From Camelus ferus (Eukaryota), in NCBI RefSeq assembly GCF_009834535.1, contig NC_045707.1:52268001-52332000 (forward strand): a DNA stretch of 64,000 bases, given 5' to 3'. The notes beneath the pieces are model-generated. The model saw only the letters and a list, made by a program, of their open reading frames with translations. It was not told the origin of the DNA and did not search any database. This document shows, in pieces, positions 47,411 through 60,487 of the stretch; the stretch's first letter is position 1; every line of letters starts with the position of its first letter. Made by a program: the position numbers and the translations under genes.

Positions 47411-50400
47411 AGGTGGAGAACACAATCAAAGAAACAGTACACTCACAAATCTCATCAGGATCAATTCTGTCTTTTAAAAATTGACCCTTCGTCTGGTTTC
47501 TGAGTGATTTTCTATGAAGTCCCATCAGTCCTCCACACATAAGTAGCATTACCAGCCAGGGAATTGGAAAGAGCCTACACTCAGACTTTGGTTCTTAACC
47601 CTTCTGCAGCTAACTTGATTCCACAATTTTCCCCTTAAGTAATATTCATAGATTCAAATGTAGTGTAAATAAAACATCAGCAAGTAAGTAGATGGGATAA
47701 AATTCTAAACAAAATTTGTTTTAAAAAGTTTCTTTCAATAAAAGTTTATATATATGTGTATGTATATATATATGCATACATATATTTCCTGTCAACTGAA
47801 AAATTGCAATATTGCTGTGCTTCGGAAGTTGAACTGTATACACCCCTACTTACCCAGTTTTATGAGAATAAGCTCTAGGATGCAATTGTCACAATTGTTA
47901 AATATTCACAAGCTAATGCCATCATTCTTACATATTGATAACTCAGAGCTTTTGTGAAGTGTTCAAAAGCCCAGGTCACCTTGTCAGTGGTGAAAATAGA
48001 GTATTACTTTGCCTCCCTGTGAATATCGTTTCTATTCATTTCACTGGAGTTATATCTTCTGTCAAGTTTTTCATTGTAGATTTAACCTTTCTTTTTTCAC
48101 CTGGGAAATATTTCCTTTTCTGGAGAAAATGGAAATCTACAATTTCAATTTGTCTTCATCTGGCTTCTCTACAAGAAAATATTGTAATCCTTGGCTGTTA
48201 TACTTTTATAAAATGGTACAAAATAAAAGTTAATCAGAAACATCTCTATAATTTTAGAAATTGAGTTTTAAAACAATATTAATATTAGAAAAAAGATTCA
48301 AGTATCACAGTGAAATTTTTATATATATTATTTTAATGAAGTATTTATAATTGTTTTTCAGGGAACTGTAGTATGTTGAGGGCGCCTAGGTCTTTGAAAT
48401 GAAGGAAAAGGAGGATAAGCAGGATGAAAGCATAGATTGCAAGTAGCTGAGGAGTTTTGTGCAGTGTTGTTATCATAGGATCATATCATGTTTTAAAAGA
48501 CTCATTCTCCAAACAGTGTTGTGACTTAGTTGGAAATGAGCAAAGATGATTGAGAAATTTTGAAATGACTGAAGAAAGAGATTTGGTGACAAGTGTTGTT
48601 GCGTTGGGAATGAGATTGTGGACAAAGATATGTAGGAAGCATTACTGATAACACTAATGGTTGATTTAGTGTTAAGATGGATGGGTGAGAAAGAAGTAGG
48701 AATAAGTGATGGAAGACTCACAGGTTTGTGCCTTAAGCAACAAAGTGCTTTGTGGTTCCGTGTTCTAAAATAGGAAAGATGGAAAGCAGCATGTTTAGGA
48801 GTGAAAATGATGAGTTTCCTACTCTTTGATTTCATCTGAACACTATTCAAATGAGATCGCCACTAAGCAGTCAGAAATATGAGCCTGAAAATAAGTCAGG
48901 CATAAAGCTAGAAATATTTAACAAGTAAAATCACCATTGCTTCTTACCTAGAGTTCTGCAGAAGCCTTCTCCGTGATCTAACACCTGTCTAGATCTCTGA
49001 CATCATCTCATACTGTACTTACTTTCTGTTCCTAGGGCCAAACTACTCCAGGTTTCTCTTTGCCTAAGAACATACCAAGCTTTTATCCATCTCAGGGTTT
49101 TTGCCCTAGCTGCTCCTCAGTATAGATCTTCCTTATAGATAGTTTCTGCCTCTCTTCCTATGCATTTCACCACCTATACTAACTATAGTTTGTTTACTTC
49201 ATATCATATCACTAGTAATTAGAGAAGTACCTGAACTCAATACCCATTTGTTGATGAAAGATCTACATCTAGATGCAGGAATAGACAAGATTAACCAGGG
49301 AGTATTTTCAGAAAAGTGGGCTCCTGGTAGAACCATGAATAACACTGTCTTTTGATAAATAAGCAGGAGTAAATCCTTTGAAAGATTAAAAAGAAGAACA
49401 CTAAATGAAGTATAAAACCCATAAATAGGAAAAAAAATCTAAGTTAAAACGTGAATGAATATATATTATAAAACTGTATTATATGAAAGGAAATGAGAGT
49501 TGAAAATGTGTTATCTGGGGAGAGATTTTTGTGTGTTTTACTTATTTTTATTTTAAATACAGTACAAGCTAGAGTTTATTAAAATCCTGCCCAGGATGAA
49601 TTGGTAGAGTGGAGAGAAAAAGACTCTTAAGTTCCAGATGCCTCAACAAATGAGAATATAGAAATGATCTTGGGCTTTTATAATTAGGAAATCACTAGAA
49701 ACTTTGAGAGGGCAATTTCATTAGCATGATGGACTTGGAAGTCAGTATACATAGTTGGGCAAGGAAGGAGCAGGAAATATATGGTGGCCATGGTTGCTGA
49801 GTATTCTCCTTAAAGGTTTTAGTCCCATTGCCCAAAGCAGAAAAACAGTTTGAGAGGGAGTACAGTAGGATAAAATTAAAAACCTTTGGCTCCTTTGGTT
49901 TTCTTTTTCAGAACAGGCAAGCCTTGTGAATATTTGCAGGTGGAGGAGAATGGATGCAACTGATGAGGCAGGTTGTGCTGACAGGAAGAGAATAAATTTG
50001 GAAGTGAAATTCTAGAATGGGAAAATGATAAAAACAGGGATTTAGGTAGAAAATTTCCCCCCATTTATGATAAAAGGAAAAAAGATAGAAAAGTAGAAAT
50101 GAAATTTCTTGAAATTTGAATTAGATGTAAGCCAGGGGGGGATGAGACAGGAGGCCCAAGGCAAATTTCACTTACAGTAGGGATTTGACTAGCTCATGGT
50201 TAGCGAAGTAAAAGAGCTTCTGGAAAAGTCTCAGGTACAGTTGAGCTGCATAGTTTTTATTTTTTATATATTTTTATTTTTTAGTTTCTTGAAATGCCAC
50301 ATGTCAGGCACACTCCTAGATCCCGGAGTGTATGTCTTGGTCTCTGTCTACCTGAGTGGAATCAACACTACGTGGTGGGAGACGCTGTTACCAGGGGTTA

Positions 50401-51924
50401 AGAGCAGAAGAATTATAGTAGAGAGCTGAGACAGTATTGGGGTGTAGATTGCTTACCTTTTATGCAGTGAACTATAAATAATGGAAGGTGACCCACTTGT
50501 TGAAAATTTGGTTTAGAGAGTAAGACTGTCTCCAAAATTAAAAAAAAAAAATGAGTAGGAAATGCCACGGAATCCAAAATTTAAAATTCCTTCATGGGAA
50601 AATAGAGCAAAAACATTCAATCCCCAAAGAAAGGTAAACCCTGAGTGCTAGAATTTCCATAGTTGAAATGAACATACCAAAGACAGGTGATAAAGGTGAA
50701 AAACACAATGCTTTTTTAAAATAACCAGCTCATTATCTCATAATAACTAAACACTTTAAATATTAAGTTAGTAATACCTAGTTTCTTTTTAGCATCCAAT
50801 CCCTCCCCACCCACCTTCCCCCCGTACAGACACTTGAAAACCCCATTCAAATCAGTGAAAATTGAAGTGATCACATTTATAACTAAGATCATTTTCAGTC
50901 TTTACCCAAAGTAAAAATTAAATATTCAAATAATAAGAGCTCGACAGTTTGTCATAAATATCTTGTTTACTAAGAGTTAAACTAATGTTTAGAACATTTT
51001 CAAACATGCTCTTCTTCTTGGCCCATATGTATGGATCTCTAACCTGTATCCAACTAATTTTCTCATCTTTTCTCATATGTTAGATTACACACCAACTAGC
51101 TTTCATTAGTTGCTTGAAGATTAGCCCAGGCTTTTTAAAACCATTAATAAGTTGCCAGTTATGATCTAAAAGTTCTGAAGTCTCAGCTTAAAATAACAGC
51201 CACTTATTTTACCTTTCTGTCTTCCCAGGAGTAACAGATAACTCACAGCAGCTGTTTCACTTTTTTTTTCTGTCAGAAAGCTGTGCCTACATGATTAAAG
51301 TGGCACTTCAAGCTCTGTTATCAACTATCCCAATTTAGGTCAAATAGAATGGATCAGCAGTCTTTGTGGAAAACAATATGAACAATATCAACTGTTATTA
51401 ATTTAAAAATATCACATGTACCTATGACAGCTTCTTCCAAAATCATCCAGAATTAATTATGTCTAGACAATCGCTTGTAATCACATGTCCCAAAATCCAT
51501 GTGTTACTTTGTGTTCCTTGAATTGTGGGGTAAATTAGGCCCCAGGGAAAATCAGTGTTTGCCAAGTGGACGAGCTCTCCTGATGTCTACTGAAACAGGA
51601 ATCATAGGAGTTTGTTTTTTTTTTTTTTTTAATAATAGACTTTTAAAAATTATGAATGTTCATGTCTTTACAAAAGAAAATTACCAAAATTCAACCTCTT
51701 TGCAATAATTTAAAATAATTGTTACTATTTTATGTCTAATATATATATCTAAAATATCCTTTTATGTCATATATTTTTACATAGTATAAAGTCTACTAAA
51801 GTATAAAATACAATTATATATTTATACTTTATATACTATAAAGTATATTTTTTAAAAGTGTTTTTCTTTAAAATAGTTTAATTTTGTTACAAGATGGAAT
51901 ATTTTTGCTAAAATATATCTTTAT

Positions 51925-54050
51925 GGTCAGGGTTATTAATGCTAAATTATGCAACAACAACAAAAATCGACAAGTCTCAGTGCTTAATGCAATTAAAGTT
52001 TATATGTTGCTTATCCCTTCCTGAATGGTTTTCATATAAACAGACTTTTACCATCTTTTTTTTTGTTTTGTCTAGAACTCTTTTCTAACTATGAAATTGC
52101 ATTTTCTTTTACTTTTTTGGGGGGAGGTAGATAATCAAGTTTATTTACGTATTTATTTTAATTTTTTTTTTTAATGGAGGTACTGGGGATTGAACCCAGG
52201 ACGTCATGCATGCTAAGCATGCACTCTACCATTCAGCTTTACCTTACCCTCTCCTACCATCTTCTGATGCCTCGATCTTCATCTGAAAGTGAGTGAGTGT
52301 GGAAGATCAGGCAGGAGGTTTTATAGACCAATGTTAGTCATATGATGCCAAATTAATTGAAGTGAAGACTGAACAGTAGCTTTAAAAGTAGCTCTAGCTA
52401 TGCATCCAGGAGAAGATGAAAACAGTTTGATAAGCATTTAGTAGTATCTTTTTTACAACCTACCCTTCTGATCACCAAATAGTCCTCCAAATATTCCTTT
52501 CATACTATCTCCCATATTCTCTACTTCTCTGTATTAATAACCCCAAATCCCATCCAGTCACATCATCTGCTGTATGTTCTGAGATCTTTGAAAGATGGCA
52601 GTTATCTTCATCAGGCCCATGTATAAAACCATATTCTTGGTTCTGAAACCTGGAGATTTAAAGTCATACTTTCTGCCTTCTATCCTCCAGATATACCTAC
52701 TAACAGACAGAGGTAAGACGATTTCAACAACTCTCATTTGGAAAATGGGAGAACAGAAAGAAGGTACACAGAAGCCATTGATCTCTGGCACTAACAGAGT
52801 ATGGCTAGGCAGATACTGTGAAGTTCCACTTCCTGGAGAAAAAAGAAAGACCCTCAGTGAGGCCTGATTATCTTCCCTCAGAAGGAATTCTGTGCTAAGA
52901 AAACCAAATTCAGGGAAGGTTATTTCTTCTTATCCTTCGTGGTCAAATATAAAGTGGTATTGAAGAATATGTCTCTCTCGGCTGCCCCATGTGCTCATGG
53001 AAATATGGGTGTCTAATGGTTGTTTAAAGGATTGCAAAGTCAAAAACTTTAAAATATGGACTGTGGCTATTTGACAATATAATTATTTTAAAAACTTGGA
53101 AAACTATTTGCTTCCAGCCAGTTTCATGTAAAAGAAACCAAAACTACAAGACTTTGTTCTCAAATACGTTTCATTTCTTTGCTATTTTGCTGTCATTCCT
53201 CTCTCTGTCTCAACTTAGAGTCAGATAATCTTGAGCCTGTCAAGCTTGAGTTGGCAGAGCATGTCCTTCATTTGATCTCTGATGAAAATCTGAGTCACTC
53301 TCTGCAGCTGAGAAAGCTCACTGTGTCTTGGTTCTTCAAAGTCTTTCAAATACCATCTCTTATTTTTCTAAACTTTCTATTCCCTTTCAATTCTATGTTA
53401 AACTTGCCGATTATTTTCTGAGCTCATCTCTTTCTTGTAATACTTTGCTGAAACCACCAAAAATAAAAAATACATACTACTAACACCTATTATCCAAGCA
53501 TCTCTAGAATTACAACCTCAGAGAGCTTTGGACTTCCTTCTAAGCTACCATAGGACAGTTTTTAAATGTCTTTTCATTGTAATCACCAACTGACCAACCT
53601 GTTTTATTCTCCTGAATAGAGCTACTCACTAGTAAGCTAATATCACATACACTAATTTGTGTTATATCAGCTTTTCACTTCAAGATGCTGATTTTTGTAT
53701 GTCAGTGTAATCAGTGCTAGCTCCTGCAGTAAGTAATCTCCAACCCTTTGTGTTATTCTCACTCATACAAAGTCCAGTGTGAATGTTTCTGATTGCACAT
53801 CCTTCCTGAGAAGTTCTCATATGAAAAGCGATTTAGAGATTCAGCATCCTTGCACTTAGTAGCCCCGTTATCTTTAAACATAACCTACAGTGACTCTTTT
53901 TAAGGAGGAAAAAAAAGAACTGGAGAAATTGTTAAGAGTGTTTGTAGGTGGACCTGGAAGCTCGCGTATCATTTTCCAGTCATATAATCTCAGTGTAAAT
54001 GCAAAGAAGGCTATGGAATATAGGTTAGCTATGAGCCCAGAAAACAAGTT
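51925..54050. mobile_element. Old MaLR (MLT1 LTR - internal - LTR-like) block
   Basis: Similar LTR-like ends at about 52380-52440 and 54000-54060 (TAGCTATG..CCAG.A.A), with decayed internal sequence between. Confidence 0.45.
52058..52254 (-). mobile_element. tRNA-derived SINE (vic-1-like) with extra 3' sequence
   Basis: Reverse complement of the 44648 SINE type (GGAGGTACTGGGGATTGAACCCAGG), with TSD TACCATCTT at 52049-52057 and 52255-52263. Confidence 0.88.
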
Positions 54051-56119
54051 TCTTAACAGTAAATATCTCAAATAAAAAACATAGTAAAGCAAAATAAAAC
54101 TTGATTAACCTAGTAGAAAATATTCCTGCTTATTTTATTTTTCTCTAATTTAACTTCCTTTGAAAAAATTCACTTTCCACTTGAAAAACTCTCACGAGTA
54201 GTCAGTTTATAAGGTGTTTATGCCTAATAAATATTCATTTTGCTGCCACATTTTTAAATGTAATGCTTCTTCAAATAAAGAATTTTGACCCATTCCAGTT
54301 CTTGTTTCCCAAACAAGTACAAGTACGTGCCAATTTTGAAACACATTTTCATGGAAAGCTTAATGTGGAAACAGTGCATGGCCACTTACCGCTATAGATG
54401 GAGGTTTGATTAGGGCATCTCTGATGTTCTTTTTACTGCTAACGCTATATCAAATGTAACACCATTGAATTTAAGCAAAAGTCATGCTAGGCTAGCGTTT
54501 TAATGTGTACAAAACTTCTCACCCTGTCTCCAGCTTCCTAAATGTAGTAATCAAGATTTGTTTTCTGATATTTTGAAAGAACAAAAATTTGATACAGGAA
54601 TTAAAGTGAAAAGGCTTTTAAGGTAATTTTGTCCTGATTCATAAACTGTGCTCATTATAGAAAAAGTGAGAAATAAAAGTAAGAATAAAAAAAAAATTTC
54701 CAAAGAACTTATCACCCCCCAAATAGGTAAGTTCTTTCTGGTTTGTTGTTTCTTTTGTGTGTGTTTTATAATAAACGTGATTTCCTAAATTTACAGTTTT
54801 CCATTTCAATTAAGTAATTCCACTACATTAAATAGTTATAAATACATGATTTAAATGCGTACATAATATTTCATCATATATATGTCACATTATTTACTTA
54901 ATCTTCTGTTAGATATTTAGGCTATTTGTAATTTTTTTATGGATATGACTGTATCTATAAAAAAATCTCGATACATAAATCTGTATGTTCATTTCTGAAG
55001 AATTTAGGATATATGAGTGTTTTTGAGCTCAAATCATAAAATCATGTCCTCTGAATCAATATATCAATTTACACTTCTTCCAACAATGTTCTAGTGCTTT
55101 TTCTATCATTCTTGTTTCAATAATTATCATTATAATTTTCTATATTTTTCAATTTGATAGTTGGATGGTTTTTTAAATGGTTATTTGAGTTCCTGTGATG
55201 TTGGATATTTTGTATGTTTTCTGTATTCTGTGTGTAGATGTGTTGTTTAAAGGCACAATTCTACACACTGGAGATGCAGTGGTAAACAAGACAGACAAGA
55301 TCTGTGCCCTATTAAAGCTTACACTTAGCAGGGTAAATGACAGTCAATACATACCAGAAAAGCTCTTTTAACATACCTCCACATAAATGACTCTCCAAAT
55401 TAATTCAACACATTTATTCCTTCAGCAAAACATAGCAAAGTCTACCTTTAGGAGGCTGAACACTTGTGGTGGAGACATCTGGCAGGAAAGTTCAATTCTG
55501 CTGCCCTAACGTGGGTTATGTGCCTACCAAGACTCAAATGAGTGTGTTCACAAATTTGTTGTGATCTCAGGATTCCCTGATTAAGTTTTCCTCCCACCTA
55601 AAATTAAAACAAACTGGAAGTTATAGTATATTCACAATGTATGTTTTTAGTTGTTAGAGACTGCTTAGAGCTCTAATCAGCAGACTATTCCCTAAAAAAT
55701 AAAGCTTTAGTTATAAACTGAAGGGAAAAAAAAAACTGTAATGTAGATTTAGATGGTTTATGTCAAACAGATGCCTAATACATGCATATATGATTATTCA
55801 GCATTTTCTGTCTCATTCTACTGATTATTTTTAATTAATCAAAGTGTTTGATAATAAGAAGGTTTCTTTTATAATAAAATGATCATAAGCATGAGAGATA
55901 AGAAAGAATGATGACATAGTTTCCCCTGGAAAATATGATTTGTTTTCTGGTTTGATTTTTGGCAGTTTTCCCCAGACTAGTTTAAATTTCAGCCTCTAAT
56001 GAATAGGGAGATCCTGGGCCAGAATTTAGAAATGGATGAAATCCCTGTTGTTTAAAGAAGTGCCTCTAGAGAAGGTTTGCAAGGACAACATTGTTTTTTA
56101 TCTTCTCCAAGTTAAGAGA

Positions 56120-56235
56120 AGTAGCTGTGTGTACACACACACACACACACACACATACACAGATATATATATATATAAAAGAAGTAGATAGATACATACA
56201 TACATACATATATACATACATACATACACATATAG
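56120..56235 (+). repeat. Compound (CA)n/(TA)n/(TACA)n microsatellite
   Basis: Directly visible. Confidence 0.95.
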
Positions 56236-57699
56236 ATATCAGGAAACTAATAGACATTTTTAACTATTATTATTTATCTGTCTCTTCTATATTTTGAAGT
56301 TTTTATAGAGAACAATCTATTATATAATTATTGATTTGTTTTCCAACTCAAGATAAGATATTTGTATGTACCTATGTTATATTTTACTCCATTCAGGTAA
56401 ACAATTTTTGGGCCCTTTAGTCACTGCATTTTGCTTAGATGATACAAATACATTTATGTTTGAGCTCATTTAAGAGAACTTTGGGTTTACCTTTAATTCA
56501 ACCGTATAGTTCAATGCAACATGTAATGTTTGTTATAGTGGATTCAGTAGGTGCAGGCAGGATCAAATTGAAAACATTTTGAAGCAGCAGTGCCTTAGCA
56601 CAATGTGTTGAACATGCCCTGAATTCTATACAGTGATATACTGTGTCTCTACAGAACTGTCAGGTTGAAGAAAAGGAGTATTGCAACAGTTATAAACATA
56701 TCACGCACAGACATTTATTCAGACAAATAGAGATGTAGCCAGGTGTCATATTAAAGCTCAACTATTTATGCTTTTGGCAGATAGTTGAAAACAGAATGCA
56801 TTTGTAGCTCAGAGCTTCAAAAATTTAAAAACAATCAACAGTACATTACCAAGGATCAGTGTATCAGGATTAGCACAAGCATGTGAAATACCAGTAGTGC
56901 TCGTTATTTTTTATTTCATATGTTATTATTCATAAAAGCTGAAGCAGCGAAGACAAAACTAAGCTTGTTTCATTGTGAAGGTTTTTTTTTAATTTTTTTT
57001 AAATTTTCTAATTTTTTTGTCTTTTTTCTTGTAGGAAATCTAATCAGTTTTTTTTTTAACTACCATATTTGTATAGTGTGTTTCAGAGAAGGAAGAATAA
57101 AGATTTCTAAAGAGGATAATGTAAATTGACTATATATATTTATATTTATATATAAAATCACTGTAGCATATACACATACATATGAGAACTATGAGAAACA
57201 CAGAAATGAACTGCACAATAGTGTCAGTTTTCTGCCTAGAGTGGCTTTCTTGATCAACATTGAGGACAAGAAGATGGAGTCCAAGTAAAGTCTGGTGACC
57301 TCACCTTGCTGAAGAGGCAGGTAAGACTTTGACCAAGATAATGTGGTTGGGCTGGTCGTGCAGGGTACAGAAACAAAAAGCTCCAGGACTTTGCCTAGGG
57401 GTCCTATTATGTCTTTTGCCAAAGACTGAGCTGTACCTGCCCCAGGTCATATTCTGCAAAGTTTTGCCCAGGAAAAAAAAAAAAAAAGAGCAGCTGGAGA
57501 ATACATCAAGTATAACAAAGCAGATTTCATCTGAACACCCCAGTCATCTCTCTGAGAATCTAGAGAAGACATAAAATCCAGAAAAGCTTTTGTAGAAGGG
57601 CTCCTATTCTAGAATAAAGTTTACTCACTCTAGAACACACGTTGCTTATTCTAGAATTGCATTTTAAAAAGCTGAAAAATAAGATGCATCACGGTGATG

Positions 57700-59760
57700 C
57701 ATCAGTAGATTAACTGCTTGTCAGAACAACACTCAGTACTTTAAACGAACACAAAAAACCCCCAGATTTTCAACAATACAGTATTCACAATGAACAACAC
57801 ACTATGAATACTAGATACCTGAAGAAACAGGAAAATGTAATTCAAAACTAAACAAGAAAAACAATCATTAGAAACAAACACAGAGATGTCATGTCAAATT
57901 AGCTGCTTCAGTGTCTTAGCTTGCTGTTATAAATGAGAATGTAGAGAAAACTCTAAATATAGTAATTTAATACAAGGGAAATTTGAGTAGAAAAATGGTA
58001 ACTATAAAAAAAACTGAATAAAAATTCTAGAAGTTAAAACTACAATATATCAAAAAAAAAATCAAGCACTAGATGGACTTAACAGAAAACTGGACATTGT
58101 AAAATACATGATCAGCCATCTGGAAGACAAGAAGATAGAAATCATTAAAACCAATACACACAGAAAATAAATTTTAAAAAATTTAAGAGATACTCAGTGA
58201 CCTCTGGGACAATATCAAGCAGACTAATATAGGTGTCACTGGAATTCTAGAAAGGGGAGGAACATGTATGAGGCAAATAAATAAATAGTGGCTGAGCATG
58301 TTTTTAATTTGAGAAAATATATTAATCTGTACATTAAAGAATCACAACAAACCCTGAGCAAGATAAAGTTAAAAAAAAAAAAAGGCACACATCAACTCAA
58401 TAGAGTCAACCTGCTGAAAGCCAAATGTAAAGAAAATTTTAAAGGCAGATGGAAGATGAAAATATACTTTCTACTTGGGGAACGATAATATCTAGGCCTC
58501 ATACCTTTCACCCCTAAATAAATAAATAAGTAAGTAAGTAAGTAAATACAATGGAATAACATCATCAAGGCTAAAGAAAAATAAATATTGAAATAGATTT
58601 CAAAGTCCACAAATGTGTCCTTCAAGTATCATCCAAAACAAAGGCAACATAAAGATATTTGCTCATGAACGAAAGCTCAGAGAATCTACCACCAGCAATT
58701 GTACACCATATGAATGTTGGAGCAGGTTAGTTAGGCTAAATGATAATGATACCTGGTGGAAATCAGATTCTATACCAAAAAGCAAAACAAACAAACAAAA
58801 AACAGAGAAAGAAAGAAAGGGCCTGAATAATGTTAATATGTGGCAAGTATAAAAGTCTTTTTAATTCTTTCAGTCCTTCAATAAAAAGTTGCTTATCAGT
58901 AAAAGAATTTTTCTAACCCATTTTTGGATTTCCTCAAAAGATAATTGATTGTATGAAATAATGATAATCTGTGAGATATTATTGATAGATGATAGATAGA
59001 TAGGTAGGTAGATAGATAGAAGGGTTGGGAGGGAGGGAATGAAAAGTATGACAATAATCACAGGAAGGACTAGAAGGGAAGTTGAAATATACCAATGTAA
59101 GTTCCTTAAATTGTGCATAAAATAGCCTTCAGGATAGACTACTGCTTTAAATAGAGGAATAGAGGATGCATCTTGTAATTCATATAGAAACCACAAAAAG
59201 CATGGAAAGGCAGAATGAATAAAACAAAAGACAGAACAAAATGTAATAATAAAATGTAGTCAACCCAAATGAAGGCAAGAAAGGACAAAAAAATGATGGG
59301 ACAAACAAAAAATAAATAGTATAATAATGGATATAAAACTGTGTGGATAATTATCTTCAACGTAAATGAACAAAATAATCTAATTAAAAACAAAGATTGC
59401 CCTAGAGATTAAACAAAGAATGACCCAATCATAAGCTGTTTATAAGAGACACACACTAAACATAAAGGCATAGAAAAGTTAAAAGTAATAATGGGGAAAA
59501 TGACGTATTTTGTAAACACAAACCGTAAGAAAGCTTGAGTGGCTTTAATAATTTCAGACAAGGCTAACTTCACAATTACTTTATTATAACTCTACCATAA
59601 AGAGTATTAACAAAGATTTGATGAATGTCATTTCACCATGATAAAGGGTCAATGTATCAAAAAGGCTAAGGAAACCCAAATGTTTAAACTAGTAACAGAG
59701 GTTCAAAATACTAGTAGTAATAGATAAAATAACAAGAGAGAAATAGACAAATTTATGTAA
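57700..59760 (+). mobile_element. Old L1M 5' portion (ORF1, spacer, start of ORF2 endonuclease)
   Basis: CTCAGTGACCTCTGGGACAATATCAAG (DLWDNIK), AACGTAAATGAACAAAAT and TGTTTATAAGAGACACAC, all heavily decayed. Confidence 0.78.
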
Positions 59761-60109
59761 CAAAATATAACAGCCATAAATCAGAAAAAAGGCTGTAAAT
59801 ATTTTTATATAGGAACATTTTTGAAAGGATATACAGGAATCTGTTAGTAAAGCTCTTTTTCTGGAATGGAGGCCATGGGTCCTAAATAGAATGGAGTTTT
59901 AATTCTCACTATATATAGTTTCATATTTTTCAAATATTTTATAATACAAACATAGTGGAAAAAAAAAGTCATTCCTCTTAAAAAAAAAAAAAAAAAAAAC
60001 CTCATCTTATATAGCCTGGACCATGCTTTTTGTTTCCTTTAGCAATAGCAGTTTCAACTGATACTTACTAGAGAATACTTAAGTGCTAGTGTAATTCTCT
60101 CTTATTGCC

Positions 60110-60487
60110 GTCTGGGTTGAAAGCTTTCCTCTCAAATTACCACAAACTTAGTGGCCTAAAACAACACAAATTTAATACTTTATAGTTCTGGATGGCTGAA
60201 GTTTAAAAGGGGTCAGTATAGCTGTTTTTTCTTCTGGAGATTCTTGGGGAGAATCTTTGCCTTTCCCAGCTTCCAGAAGTTGCCTCATTGTATGGCTAAT
60301 GGCCCTACTTACTTCAACCTCTTCTCCAGCACCTTTGTTATTGCCTTGGGCCAACCAAGATGAGTCAGAATAATCTTTCCATTTCAAGAACCTTTATTTA
60401 AATCACATTTGCAAAGTTCCTTTTGCCAAGTAAGGTTCCAGCAGTTAGGACAGAGATGTCTCTGGGGGCCATTACCTGACCATTACA
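60110..60487. mobile_element. MLT1-type MaLR LTR
   Basis: AAATTACCACAAACTTAGTGGCCTAAAACAACACAAATTTA...ATCACATTTGCAAAGT. Confidence 0.8.

Noticed and set aside
51780..51850. AT-rich inverted repeats
   Set aside because: Low complexity, expected by chance in TA-rich DNA.
56066..56297. ORFs with HT/VC repeats
   Set aside because: Dinucleotide microsatellite translation.
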